From Minutocellus sp. GHC0000111 (taxonomy: Eukaryota): DNA of 64,000 nucleotides. The notes under the pieces are model-generated. The model did not search any database, had not been told where the DNA came from, and saw only the letters and a list, made by a program, of their open reading frames with translations. Position 1 is the first letter of the stretch. Each line of letters opens with the position of its first letter. Where the stretch lies: positions 5,332,001 through 5,396,000 of the forward strand of contig OZ361257.1 in NCBI GenBank assembly GCA_977018835.1. Reading direction: 5' to 3'. A program made the position numbers and the translations under genes. Below are positions 47,850 to 58,460 of this stretch, piece by piece.

Positions 47850-49049
47850 ATGGGAACCTGCCGATCCATGCCGGCGGGAGCATCATCGGGCGCTTCGGCG
47901 TGGTCGAGAAGTAGCGCCAAGAGAAGCAAGAAGAGCGGCAGACAGCCATACCATGGCCTGCGCCTGACTCGAAGCAACACCGATGCTACTGCCCCCACCG
48001 CTTCGACATCGGCCCTCGTCCACTCTTTCTTTGCTATTGCTCAACCGATCATTCGACGTGTCATATCGAAGAAACTAATCGAAAAGGTTGGTGTTCTTCG
48101 CGATGAACTTCCTGTGGAGGCATACGACGAGGACCAGCCTGATAACACGCTGCCCATCAAACCAATTACCATCAACTTCGAGGATGTTCATGTGATCGAT
48201 CCTGATACTCTTCAAGCCGATATGGAGGCAATGCCGGACTTTGCCTGGCCCGAACGAGAAAAATATCGTGAGCTCATGACGCATTGCTCGGAGGGAGGTA
48301 GCGTCGACATGGTGGTTCTTGATTTGATCGATTTCGACGGGGAGCTTAGGATGGATAAAGGTGTTGAGATCGCTGTCCCTGTGAAAGGGCCTTTTGGAAC
48401 GCAAATGGAGTTGGAGATTGGATATGGCGATGACATCGAGGAAGGGTGGGTGCGAATTCGTGTTCCCAAACTGAGGATTTGGTATGTCAACGAGACCAAG
48501 AAGCTATACATTGCCTTTATGGATCGGCCAGATTTGATCCCCTGCTTGAATGTCAATGTTGATCGAGGCAAGGGAGATTTTTTGTCAGTCAACTTTACCG
48601 AAGAGGGCGGACTCGACGATGTTGTGGAGGAGGTCTTATCGGGCTTTGGACCGAATCTCAAGGCGAAAAGAGATTCAAGTAGCTTTGTTGGGACCAAAGT
48701 AGGAGGTCTCATTGTCAGCGCTCTCTCAAAATTCAAGAATATGGGTAATGGCAAACCTCTGGAAGTGACTATGGAACAAGCCATAATGAAATCGATAAAT
48801 AAGGCAATGGGCAAGTCGCGGCCACCAGAAGTGATCAAAGCCGATATCAAACGCCTCGAGAACGAGCTCGAGCAATCAATGAGGGAGTCGCAGCCAGAGA
48901 GCAAGTGGAAGAATCGTCTTCATTTGCACAGCGGAAAGCATAACGCCACAAATAAGAATGAAGGAGAAGATGATACCAGAGACGATCTTGGCATGTTTTG
49001 TGGTATGCACACAATGTTTTGTTGTGGCGGCAATGCTCCAAGGGAGTAA
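47850..49049 (+). CDS. Uncharacterised protein (MGxC N-terminus; possible SMP/TULIP-like beta-rich region)
   Basis: 399-aa ORF; the fold suggestion is weak. Confidence 0.6.
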   Translation: MGTCRSMPAGASSGASAWSRSSAKRSKKSGRQPYHGLRLTRSNTDATAPTASTSALVHSFFAIAQPIIRRVISKKLIEKVGVLRDELPVEAYDEDQPDNTLPIKPITINFEDVHVIDPDTLQADMEAMPDFAWPEREKYRELMTHCSEGGSVDMVVLDLIDFDGELRMDKGVEIAVPVKGPFGTQMELEIGYGDDIEEGWVRIRVPKLRIWYVNETKKLYIAFMDRPDLIPCLNVNVDRGKGDFLSVNFTEEGGLDDVVEEVLSGFGPNLKAKRDSSSFVGTKVGGLIVSALSKFKNMGNGKPLEVTMEQAIMKSINKAMGKSRPPEVIKADIKRLENELEQSMRESQPESKWKNRLHLHSGKHNATNKNEGEDDTRDDLGMFCGMHTMFCCGGNAPRE

Positions 49050-49304
49050 GCAAAGCCGGGTGATAGTTCATGTATGTGCGGATATTACTATTAGTGTAAC
49101 ATTGTAAAAGGAAGCCAGCTATTTACTTGATAACGATCGTAGTGAGCGCGGCATTGTTTTATCCCATGTTACGCACACAATTTTGTCCCGGTGCTGCTTC
49201 GTTCTTTTACTCCTTTCATTCATTACTTTGATCATCACGAGAGCATTGAAACATAAAAAAGTATTCGATATCAGAAACAATTTCATTTTGCATTGGTGTG
49301 GCCG

Positions 49305-50567
49305 CTAAAACATACGACCATTGTCATTGCGATTGAAGGGACTCCGAAAATCACTCTTCATAAACCAGAACCACGGCACTTGACCAGTCCAGAGCTCTTC
49401 TAAACTGAAACGACGTCTCTCCGCTACAAAGGGAAGCCAATCCTGGGCAATGTAATCCGTGGCAGGTGGATCGCCCCTTATGACGCGCCAATATTCGCTC
49501 AAGAAGTAAATCTGCCGAAGGCCGACCACAAGATTCATTGGCGGCGGAAGCAGCGCCCACCATTCATGAAGCATCCTCCCATCGCCCTCCACACCAAGAA
49601 CATCCCTGGACTCCTGAGTAAGTTCGTTGACACGCCGATACAAGTTCACCTGCGAAAGGGCAAGCCAGACCACAGCTGACGTCAAAATGAATTCGCCACC
49701 GGGAATGTCCGCCCAGACCAAGGGCGCACCGATAAATACGCCGCACACATAGGCCACAAAGGTTCCATAACCGCCGCATGTGGTAACTCGTCCGGTCGTT
49801 TGCAGCTCGTATTGATACTGGAAACGAAGCAAGTGCAAACATGTCAAGTGATTTTTTAAGAAAGAGGTGAGCAAAGTTGAATTGGTACCTAGGTACATAT
49901 GCAAGGCAAGTACAAGAAAGGAAATTGGCCAAGAAATTCCCATTGATTGGCAATAAAGCAATCCATGTCTTACCAACTCTTCCTCCACGACAAATTTGTA
50001 GTATCCGAACCAGTTGAAGAGAGTGGCGAAGGATCCTGCCATGACCAGCCAAACCGGGCGAGAGATTCCAGGATACTCCGGTCCAGCCTCAATCTTGGAT
50101 AGCGGGTTCGACAGAGCAGTACCGCCTGGTCTGGTTTCCAACCAATTCCTCATGGGTGGCAGGACCAAGGACTTCCAAAATTCGTTGCACCCGATGCAGA
50201 AATCACTGACGTGCTGAAGGAATTGGTCGGATTTGAACTGCTGCGAACTTGCGACGGAGTTGTAGCCGTAGCCATCACTGTCGCTGGTGTCGTATCCTCC
50301 GCCATTGTCGCTGTAACTGTCGAATCCACCACCGTACTGGCCAGAGTTCCCGATGCCAGTGCCCATCTGCTCTGTGGTCTTTCCTAAGTCGCTGACACGA
50401 TTTCTGTTACCGTTGTTATTGTTACTGCCGCCGCTGAACGCCGAAAGATGCAGCGACCTGCGAGGAGAGACATGTCGCGAGAGTTGATGTTGTACGCTTG
50501 GAAGGTATGCATCCACGCATGAGATCGCCACCAACAGAAGCGCTGGCACCCTCATCGTTCTCGCCAT
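49305..50567 (-). CDS. Uncharacterised algal membrane protein with signal peptide; intron 49818-49973
   Basis: Signal (VDA-Y), TM segments, W.GYYKF.VEEEL|YQYEL, QVNLYRRVNEL, WWALLPPP..LVVGLRQ. Confidence 0.75.
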   Translation of the reverse strand: MARTMRVPALLLVAISCVDAYLPSVQHQLSRHVSPRRSLHLSAFSGGSNNNNGNRNRVSDLGKTTEQMGTGIGNSGQYGGGFDSYSDNGGGYDTSDSDGYGYNSVASSQQFKSDQFLQHVSDFCIGCNEFWKSLVLPPMRNWLETRPGGTALSNPLSKIEAGPEYPGISRPVWLVMAGSFATLFNWFGYYKFVVEEELVRHGLLYCQSMGISWPISFLVLALHMYLGTNSTLLTSFLKNHLTCLHLLRFQYQYELQTTGRVTTCGGYGTFVAYVCGVFIGAPLVWADIPGGEFILTSAVVWLALSQVNLYRRVNELTQESRDVLGVEGDGRMLHEWWALLPPPMNLVVGLRQIYFLSEYWRVIRGDPPATDYIAQDWLPFVAERRRFSLEELWTGQVPWFWFMKSDFRSPFNRNDNGRMF

Positions 50568-50836
50568 CGTTGCCGTTGTGCTGACTTCAACCGTTTTTTG
50601 GCATCGGCCGATCGAAGATCGAAATTTTTCTTGAAGTCTAAGTTCTGGGGAGCACACCGAGTTTAGATGACTTACTCGACAAAATACGTAGCTCATGATA
50701 TATTGACTCACTCGACTCCTCGGAGCGAGAAGATGCCATGAAATCGAATAGCCGTTCGCCTCTTTCATCGTGCTGTGCGAACCAGCCATGTTATTGTTGC
50801 ATATGTCAGTCGAAGGCTCCTAGCTACTAGCTCGTA

Positions 50837-53461
50837 ATGCCTCACCAATATCTTCGAAGCGCAGTGGCTGGCGATCCACATTCGCCAGTGGGTCTTCTCC
50901 ACGACGCCTCGGCGTCGTCATCGCAACACCAACACCGTCATCTCGATGATGTCGACAATAATGGAATCATCATCCTTGACAACTCCCTTGCATTTCGGAT
51001 ATGGTTTGGTATCCTACTGCTTGTCCTAATCCTCGCTCAGCTCAAAATACTCGTCGGTATACTGCTGCATCGGCAGGAGCCATCTATGCGCCTGAGTCAG
51101 CCTACTGCCCTGGCGATCTTTTTGTCATCGGGAATTGTAACTACCGCGAGTTGCTACCTCGTGCTCCCAAGCAGCGATATAAGCTGTGCGTTACGGGATC
51201 CACTGCTTCTTGTGTCACTTCAGCTATCTGGTTCGACGCTGATGGCCAGAGCCTGGCGGATCGAGGTTTTGCTGTGTCCGGCACTCAACTCTGGTGCCGA
51301 TATCAAGCCAGGCGTCGTATCGAATGCCAGAATGAGATCATTTGCTGGCAAGGCAAAGAATTTTCTCATTGCAGTATGTGATAGACTCGTTGCGTGGAGG
51401 CGCCTTTGCGATATACGTCGGATAACACATCTGTGCCGCTGCAGTAAGCAAGTCGCAGCAACAAATCCTCATGCAGTTCATCGAACATCATCAAAGGGCC
51501 TTCGCCGTACCATTTCGATTCCCTCGCTTCTATTCCTCGTCTTTCTGCTCTGCCTTCCACAACTCACGCTTCAGATTCTCAACCTATCCATCGACTCAAT
51601 GCGTGGTACGCGTACGGTTGTCTTTGATGGTCCCACTGACTTGTCGAGGTATGAGTGCAAGAGTACGCTTGGTACCGGATTCACGTGGCTGGGCGCCATA
51701 CTTGCCATTATCCCCTATGCCGCTACAATAATTCTTTCAATGCCGTCCAGTGGATTGCCACCGATATTCGATGAGCTGCGTCTATTCATTTCGTCTTTAT
51801 CAACATCTACAATTGTGATATCCGCCACTGGTCCTGCGTATGCAATGTCTCGACTTAGCCCGGACGCAGCCACATTCCTACTTTCGGCAACAGTTCTTTG
51901 CGCCCCCTTATCTCTCTGCTGGTTTGTGGGCCGAACAAAGCTTGACCTCGTCCGTTCTGGCGGCGGAAGTGGTGCAGTGAATCTCCGACGCGATTCCAAG
52001 GCTGAAGAGAGCAGAGATATAAGCCAACAGAGTTTCGCCGATTTTGAGAAAGCGGCTTCCTTGGCTCTTGATTTGGGTAGCATGTTCAAGGCGATGGGCC
52101 AGAAAGATCGAGAAATTGAGTTATATGATGATGCCCTTATGAAGCTGAATTCAACGAATGGGAAAAACAAAGCCGGGTACGAAAAGATTGGTGGCTTCTT
52201 GAAGCGAGACATTGAAATGCTCGAACCAAGAACATTGAAGCTGCTCCTGAAGGTACTTGTGGCCAAGGGCAGGGCGCTAGTAAATTATTCCTATACAGAC
52301 ATTAGCTACCACCACCGTGGTGCATCCGTTATGATGGACTCGATTGACATATTTGAGAAGGCTCCTGCGTCACGACACCTTAAGGACAGAGCTATTCTTT
52401 TCCCCTGCTATAGTTCCCTGTATCAACAGCTCAAAGCGATGACCCTTGCTGTCGGAGATTGTAACAGAGGAAATCTGGAACTTGAGCAGCGCTTATCACG
52501 GCTATTCATTGATGATTCGAAGGTATTGACTTTGTCCCACTGCAGAGCCTTGGCATTGCTCAGTCAAGTGAAGGGAAGATTAGGCGACTTTGAAGGAGCG
52601 AATGCTGCCGTTGAGATTATGCGTTCAATGTATTCGCCCGAGCTGCATTCCGAGCTCATAGTGAAGAATTACGCAACTGATAAGTGTGCTCAGGCGATAG
52701 CAGAAACTTCATTTTGGCATTTGAGCCATGGCGATATAGAAAGGGCGCAACAGGTTTGCAAAGAGGTGGTAAATGAAATAATACCTCGAATGTATCAAGA
52801 ATCTGCAAATTCGTTTTGCACTCTTCTGATGCCGTTGCTCGCGGTTTATCAGCATCTCGATTGGTCTGAGGGTAAAGCCGAACTCTGTTTAAAGCTATTT
52901 CAGAAATTTGTCATTGATGTGTTTTATGAGTTCGAGGGAAAGCACGGGAGGAGCCCATGCATGCTGCTCTTCAAGCCGGTGTCCTCGTTACTTCGGCTTA
53001 TTAGTATTGGTGAAGAGGATTCATTTGATTGCGACATGGAAAGTGACATAAAGTGGGTCCTTCAAGAATTTGATAAAGATGACGACTTCTTCAACTGCAT
53101 CGATTGCATTTATGGTAACACATGTTGGTCCCCAATGATAGCGGTCGCTGAAATTTGCCACATATTGGGAACACGCTTGCAAAAACGCCCCGATTCAAAT
53201 AAGGAAACACAAAAAAGACTTGTAGAAAAAGGGATTGTAATCGCACGGAAGTCGGCCAAGAACATACAAACTACGAAGAACAGGATTGCTTTGGTTCTTG
53301 AAAGGAATGAAAAGATTCGGAGGTCCTTAGAGGATCTAGCGTTAGCCGATGGCATTAAGCCAACCCGAAATGATGATACTGAGACCATGGACGAGAAGTT
53401 AAAGGGGGTAATGAAAACAGAATGTATCCGATTATCTCGCTACTTGACGCCCGAGGCCTAG
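50837..53461 (+). CDS. Class C (GABA-B-like) 7TM receptor with a large cytoplasmic TPR-like helical domain
   Basis: SMRLSQP..L, SC..R, S.LMARAWR, YECKS, P.IFDE, 7 hydrophobic segments; no Venus-flytrap ectodomain. Confidence 0.72.
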   Translation: MPHQYLRSAVAGDPHSPVGLLHDASASSSQHQHRHLDDVDNNGIIILDNSLAFRIWFGILLLVLILAQLKILVGILLHRQEPSMRLSQPTALAIFLSSGIVTTASCYLVLPSSDISCALRDPLLLVSLQLSGSTLMARAWRIEVLLCPALNSGADIKPGVVSNARMRSFAGKAKNFLIAVCDRLVAWRRLCDIRRITHLCRCSKQVAATNPHAVHRTSSKGLRRTISIPSLLFLVFLLCLPQLTLQILNLSIDSMRGTRTVVFDGPTDLSRYECKSTLGTGFTWLGAILAIIPYAATIILSMPSSGLPPIFDELRLFISSLSTSTIVISATGPAYAMSRLSPDAATFLLSATVLCAPLSLCWFVGRTKLDLVRSGGGSGAVNLRRDSKAEESRDISQQSFADFEKAASLALDLGSMFKAMGQKDREIELYDDALMKLNSTNGKNKAGYEKIGGFLKRDIEMLEPRTLKLLLKVLVAKGRALVNYSYTDISYHHRGASVMMDSIDIFEKAPASRHLKDRAILFPCYSSLYQQLKAMTLAVGDCNRGNLELEQRLSRLFIDDSKVLTLSHCRALALLSQVKGRLGDFEGANAAVEIMRSMYSPELHSELIVKNYATDKCAQAIAETSFWHLSHGDIERAQQVCKEVVNEIIPRMYQESANSFCTLLMPLLAVYQHLDWSEGKAELCLKLFQKFVIDVFYEFEGKHGRSPCMLLFKPVSSLLRLISIGEEDSFDCDMESDIKWVLQEFDKDDDFFNCIDCIYGNTCWSPMIAVAEICHILGTRLQKRPDSNKETQKRLVEKGIVIARKSAKNIQTTKNRIALVLERNEKIRRSLEDLALADGIKPTRNDDTETMDEKLKGVMKTECIRLSRYLTPEA

Positions 53462-53646
53462 GAAGACTTTCTTACCGGTAAAAATTCAGAAGCTCTTCCT
53501 CCTACCGGTAGATCTACTTCGAAAGATTGTCTTGGTGACTAGTATGTATAAATACATGAATTACGTAGTCTAGCTAGAGAGTCATATATCTATATAGGGA
53601 TCCCTATCACGGTTATTGTCTTGTCTTGTCTTGTCTGTTCTGGAAA

Positions 53647-55501
53647 TTATTCGGTCGGTAATGTCAACTCTGGTTGCTCGTTCAGGACCATGCCAGACGT
53701 GACCTGATCACCGATCGCAAGGAGCTGCTCAAGGGTATACGATGCCTCAATCTGCCCGTCCGGAAATCTTGTGTCATCCTCGGGCATAGGTCCAGTGTAC
53801 ACATGGTTGGCAAAATACGGCTCGGCGAGGTAGCCATTGAGGATTGAAACGAGTTTCTGAGATTGCGTGCTAAGAGGCCCATTTACCCACTCTGGTTGAC
53901 TGAATTTGTTGACAAGATATTCCATTTGAATAATCATTTGCTGTATTTGGTCGTCGTCCCATGTCTTTGGCAAAGGGCCGCCCTCGGTTGCCATTCGATA
54001 ATCCATCCCTCTGTGCTCATATTCCATCGTCTTGCCCGTGGCTTGTTCGAAAACACATGGCCATGCATCTTCAGGAATGACTTCTACTCCCGGCTTGCCA
54101 AGAAGGGCATTGCCCAAAATTGCCATCTCACTAGGCCCGGTAGTGCTGGAATGGAGTCCTTCAAAGCTGACGACAGCTGCAGGCCGACATTCCATGACTG
54201 GATCGCTGCCGTCGGCGCATTTTTTCCAATACTGAGGAGGGGACACCGGGACATTATTGAATATGGAAGTCCCATTCTCGTTGGTATGGTTGAATACCTG
54301 GGTCATTTCTACATCGTGATTCAAGTTACGTCGATGGCCACCCTCCATCCACCAATCAATATGCCACGACCACATACGTATCTCTAAGTGGCCGTTGTTT
54401 CCGTACTTGGTGTCTCCTGCCCGCTTCCATTGATCAAAGTTGGCAATCGGTTCTTGTTTCAAATATGTGAACATATTGAATGGGTGAGATGACCCCCAGG
54501 TGGGAGCGTAGTTGATCTCATACCGCACATCTCTGTAAGATATAAGCGTATCTCTGGGATTTCGAATCATTAATATCGCTTGATTCATCTGGTCTGACCA
54601 AAGCCATTGAGAGCTCTCGTGATGGGGAAAGGCCCCCTTCATCGATACGACATTGTAACCCTGCTCGGAGTGATTCCAATCGTCTGCATGTTGGGAGAAG
54701 TGTGGAGAGCATGTGTTCATGGGTTTTTAGTGAGGATAATATGCTAGAAGCAGGAGCTTTGAGCCCTAAAATGTGTACATGTATACCATGCTCAAAACCA
54801 CTAAAGAAAGACGAACGACCATAAACTCACCTCCTGCAATGGCACCAGTCAATGCCTCCATCAACTGCCACGCCAAGCGCTTGCCAGTGCCCGGGAAGCC
54901 CACAAGAAACGTCGAGAAAACAGGCGTGGTCACTGGCTGACCCTCTTCCCATTCGCACTGTCCATTACCCAGATATTTCGTCAACTCGCGCAATGTCCGT
55001 CCATCTTTTTGGCCCACCGTCGTCCATCACAGTTGGAACGAGTTTGATGTGATCGACGCTGGACTCTTTCGTCCTGAGGCCGGATCCCAACGCGAGTGGT
55101 ATCATGCCACTGAACTCAGCGTACAGTGCCGCCTCTTGGAGCGACAGGAGGCCTCTTTGCTGTTCCCGATTTGACAGCATCGAAAGTAGCCGGGGTGCAT
55201 CCTTCATCGAACCGCCGTCTCTTTCGACAATGTCAGAATCATCAGCGTCAGTTTTTCTTCTTGGTAGTATGGAGAGGCTTCGCGTCTCTCCTTTTGAGGA
55301 GGCAGTTGTGTCGTCGGCAAGCGTTGTCGACGAAAGAGAACGGCGAAGGGCAACCAAGCTGGTGTGATCTCTGCTTTCATACTCATTGATATCAGGACCA
55401 CTGAAGTAGACAATGATGGCGACGCACAAGCACGCCACGGAGGCTAGTTGCAGCGCCGCTCGCCGACGCCGATGAGGTTGGTGCTGGGGTGAGGGCACCA
55501 T
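53647..55501 (-). CDS. WSCD-family-like sulfotransferase, type II membrane; intron 54684-54830; frameshift ~54976
   Basis: TFLVGFPGTGKR (5'-PSB), ILMIRNPRDTL.SY (3'-PB), VSFE.L; N-terminal TM. Confidence 0.78.
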
Positions 55502-56064
55502 CTAGCTAGCTACGTAGCAGCCTGCGTTACTCATACATGTAGGCAGCCTGCGTAACCAGAAGCCCGCATGAGCAGGGTCACGGTTCAAGCCAGGGTGTCG
55601 TGTCCCCACCAAAATATGGACTAGAAAGGATAAGGATAAGGATGTAGGCAGCACTGCTCCTTGGCTCTTCCCCAGTTTGCTTGCTGTCATTGTGGGCCAT
55701 TGTGGGCCATTGTTGGGCCATTCATTCTGACTGTTGGGCGGGGCCATTATGCCGAGTGAGTCCATCCATCTTTGTGTGACCTGTTGTGATGAGCCGATTC
55801 ATTCTCGATCATTCGTGGAATTCCAGAAAGTGCGGCATGCTCCCGAAAAACGGGACATGAAGCCCCGACCCGCATAAATAAATTCTTTCCTACTGTGCTA
55901 TCGATATGCAAAAAGCAAAGGCGTACTACGTAGCAGTCAGGCAACCGACCACTTCGGAATGAAGGAAGAACAAATAGTCCTCTCTGTGCAAAGTCTTCCC
56001 TTAAGAAATACGCGCAACGAAGACCTCGAACGGTGCGGCTGCTGGGCATTCCAAGCAGCCAGCC

Positions 56065-58273
56065 ATGTCGAGCGATCGCGAGAGGAAACCCTCGGCATCA
56101 TCGAATGCCGAAGGTCCATCCTCCTCCTCCACCTCCTCCTCTTCATTGCATCGAGAGGCAGCAGCCAATGATGCCACCGCCGACGCGGAGAACGACGATA
56201 CTCTCCGCAATGTGAATCCATGGACGGAACAAGACGAGCAGGTGGAGATCGCGGCGCTGCTCCAGGCCGAGATCGACAAGGTCCGGTCCGACCTCCTCGG
56301 CCATCGGCCAGCGCTGACCCTGGCACAGCTAGCAGGGGCCGCCGCCGAAGACGTCGAAGGGTCGATGAAGAGCATCGGCCAAGCCATACTGCGTGAACCG
56401 TCCTCTGCTCTTTCCGCCACCATCTTGGCGAGGCTGGATCAGGAAGTTTTCAATCTAATTTCTGCCAGTGGTACCCCGGGAGGCCTACAAGGAGAAGCAG
56501 GAGGGGCGGCGTCCGCACCATCCCAATCCATGGCCCAAGCAGCCGCGGCAGCGTACCTCGGGGCCGCCCAGAGATGTCCAGAGCAGGTTTGTGGCCTTCG
56601 GCGCAGGGTGGCGTGCCTCGTTCACACAAATGGCGACACAACCGATGCCGCGCACATGATCGTCCGGTACTGGCACCACCGCGTCGAGCTCTTTGGTCCC
56701 GAGTCGGCCTACCTCCCAATGACGTTGGGCGGTGCCCTCCGCCACGAGGTGCTGGACCTGTCCAATCGTCACATCTGGCGCATACTGCCTGTGCCCGATG
56801 CCGCAGGCCGGACCGTCCTGTATTGCAAGCCTGCCAACCGCAACTTGGGACAATACAGCGTTGAACGGGAGCTACGGACGCTCTGGTATCTCCTCGAAAC
56901 CATTGCCGAGGACCATGCCAACAACAACAACCTCGATAGGAGAGGCGTTGTCTTCCTGTACGATGTGACAAACCTGGAGTGGGAACAGACCAGCAAGAGG
57001 TTGGACCAGTATCTGGGAATACCGAGCGGCGTTTTCCCCGTGCCGTTCAGGGCCTTTCACGCGTGTTGCCTCGAGAGCGGTGTAGGTGGAGAGACGGCTT
57101 CTACTGCCAGCGCTTCCTCTGATAGAATTTCTTCCATTGTCCGTGCCATGCAACGCCTGGTTCCGAAACCCATCCGTCTGCGGCTCAAGATGCACAAGGG
57201 TTCGACTTTGCAGGTCCTCCAGAGCCTGGCTGAATTTGCCCTTCCGGTCGATCGAATTCCGTCCGATCTGGGCGGCAACTTGGTCGTAAATATGGGAAAC
57301 TGGATGGTAAATCGTATTTCTGTGGAGAATACGAGAGCGCAGCAACGGCTGGGACCCATTGCTGCTCTCCCCACTTTTCTTGCTCCTTCAAATCCACCGC
57401 CGACCGCCATTTTCAGTAACTCTGGCCTGGCGCATCATTTGTTACTGTCTGGGTCCGCAATGTCAGCCTCCAACTCTGTGCCGGCAGTGCAGCCTTCTTT
57501 CAGCAACTCTTTAGTAGAATCACTACTTCAGCAGATTGCAGCGAGCCAAGCTGCTGATACTGCGTCTTCATTGGGCACAAGCCTTTACGGACAACAACTA
57601 CCAGTCGCCGCCACATGCCATGCATCCGCTGAAAACATGGCGGCAGCCTTGCAGCCAGGAGCACCGCCAAGTCAGGGCACATCCGCCGCAACAGCCGCCA
57701 TAGCCACCACCGCAAGCGCCAGCAGTGTCGATGGCGGTTCCAGTGGAGCGCAGCCTGCGGATACGAAAAAGCGAGCTGCGGCACGAGGGAGAGGCATCCG
57801 AAATCCCAAGATGGACCGCGCTGTCGAGTTGAAGCTTGCAAATCCGGAGATGTCTCATTTCGATGTCCTTGTTGACGCTGGCTTTGTCTTCCGGGCCCGG
57901 CAAGGGGGTGCCACCGGCATGGTATGCGAAGGTAGGTCTAGAATATCCTTTGTTTCTTTGCATGGACTAGATCAGTCTACAAACATGCGCTCATTTACGC
58001 ATCCTTCTTGTTCTTTTCTCGTCCATTTTCTATCTATGTGAAGACGGCGTATCTCTACAACAGCATAGAAACAATCTTTGCCGTCGTATCCGAAATCTGA
58101 AGCGAAAGAAGCAAAAATTGGGCACTTATACTGATGACGACTATGATAACACCGGCGCAAAGGAGGACCAGGATGATGATGGTGAGCATGAGAGTGGCGA
58201 TTCTGATGACGAAGGCGAGGAAGCAGCCAACTCTCTACTGGGACTAAACAAAAAGCAGCCCGCAAAGAAATAA
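56065..58273 (+). CDS. CRAL-TRIO-like domain protein with a C-terminal basic helical domain; intron 57932-58043
   Basis: AA..IVRYW..R.ELFG, D.AGR.V, IPSDLGG; spliced C-terminus NPKMDRAVELKLANPEMSHFDVLVDAGFVF..DGVSLQQHRNNLCRRIR. Confidence 0.8.
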
Positions 58274-58460
58274 AAATGTATTGGGTGTAGGGGTTCCTAC
58301 AGCTAGTGTGTTTTACTAGCTACTGTACTAGCATGAGATGCAGCTATTGGTATGTAACTACTATCATAAAGACGCATATGACTTACCTAGGTATTAGGCC
58401 CAGCTACTCTAGAGAGGCTTGCCGGTAAAAAAAGACAAGAAGACCAGGATACAGCGATTT

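Noticed and set aside
55690..55750. Repeated GGGCCATT motifs in a divergent promoter region
   Set aside because: Visible, but cannot be distinguished from a small tandem duplication or a TE relic.
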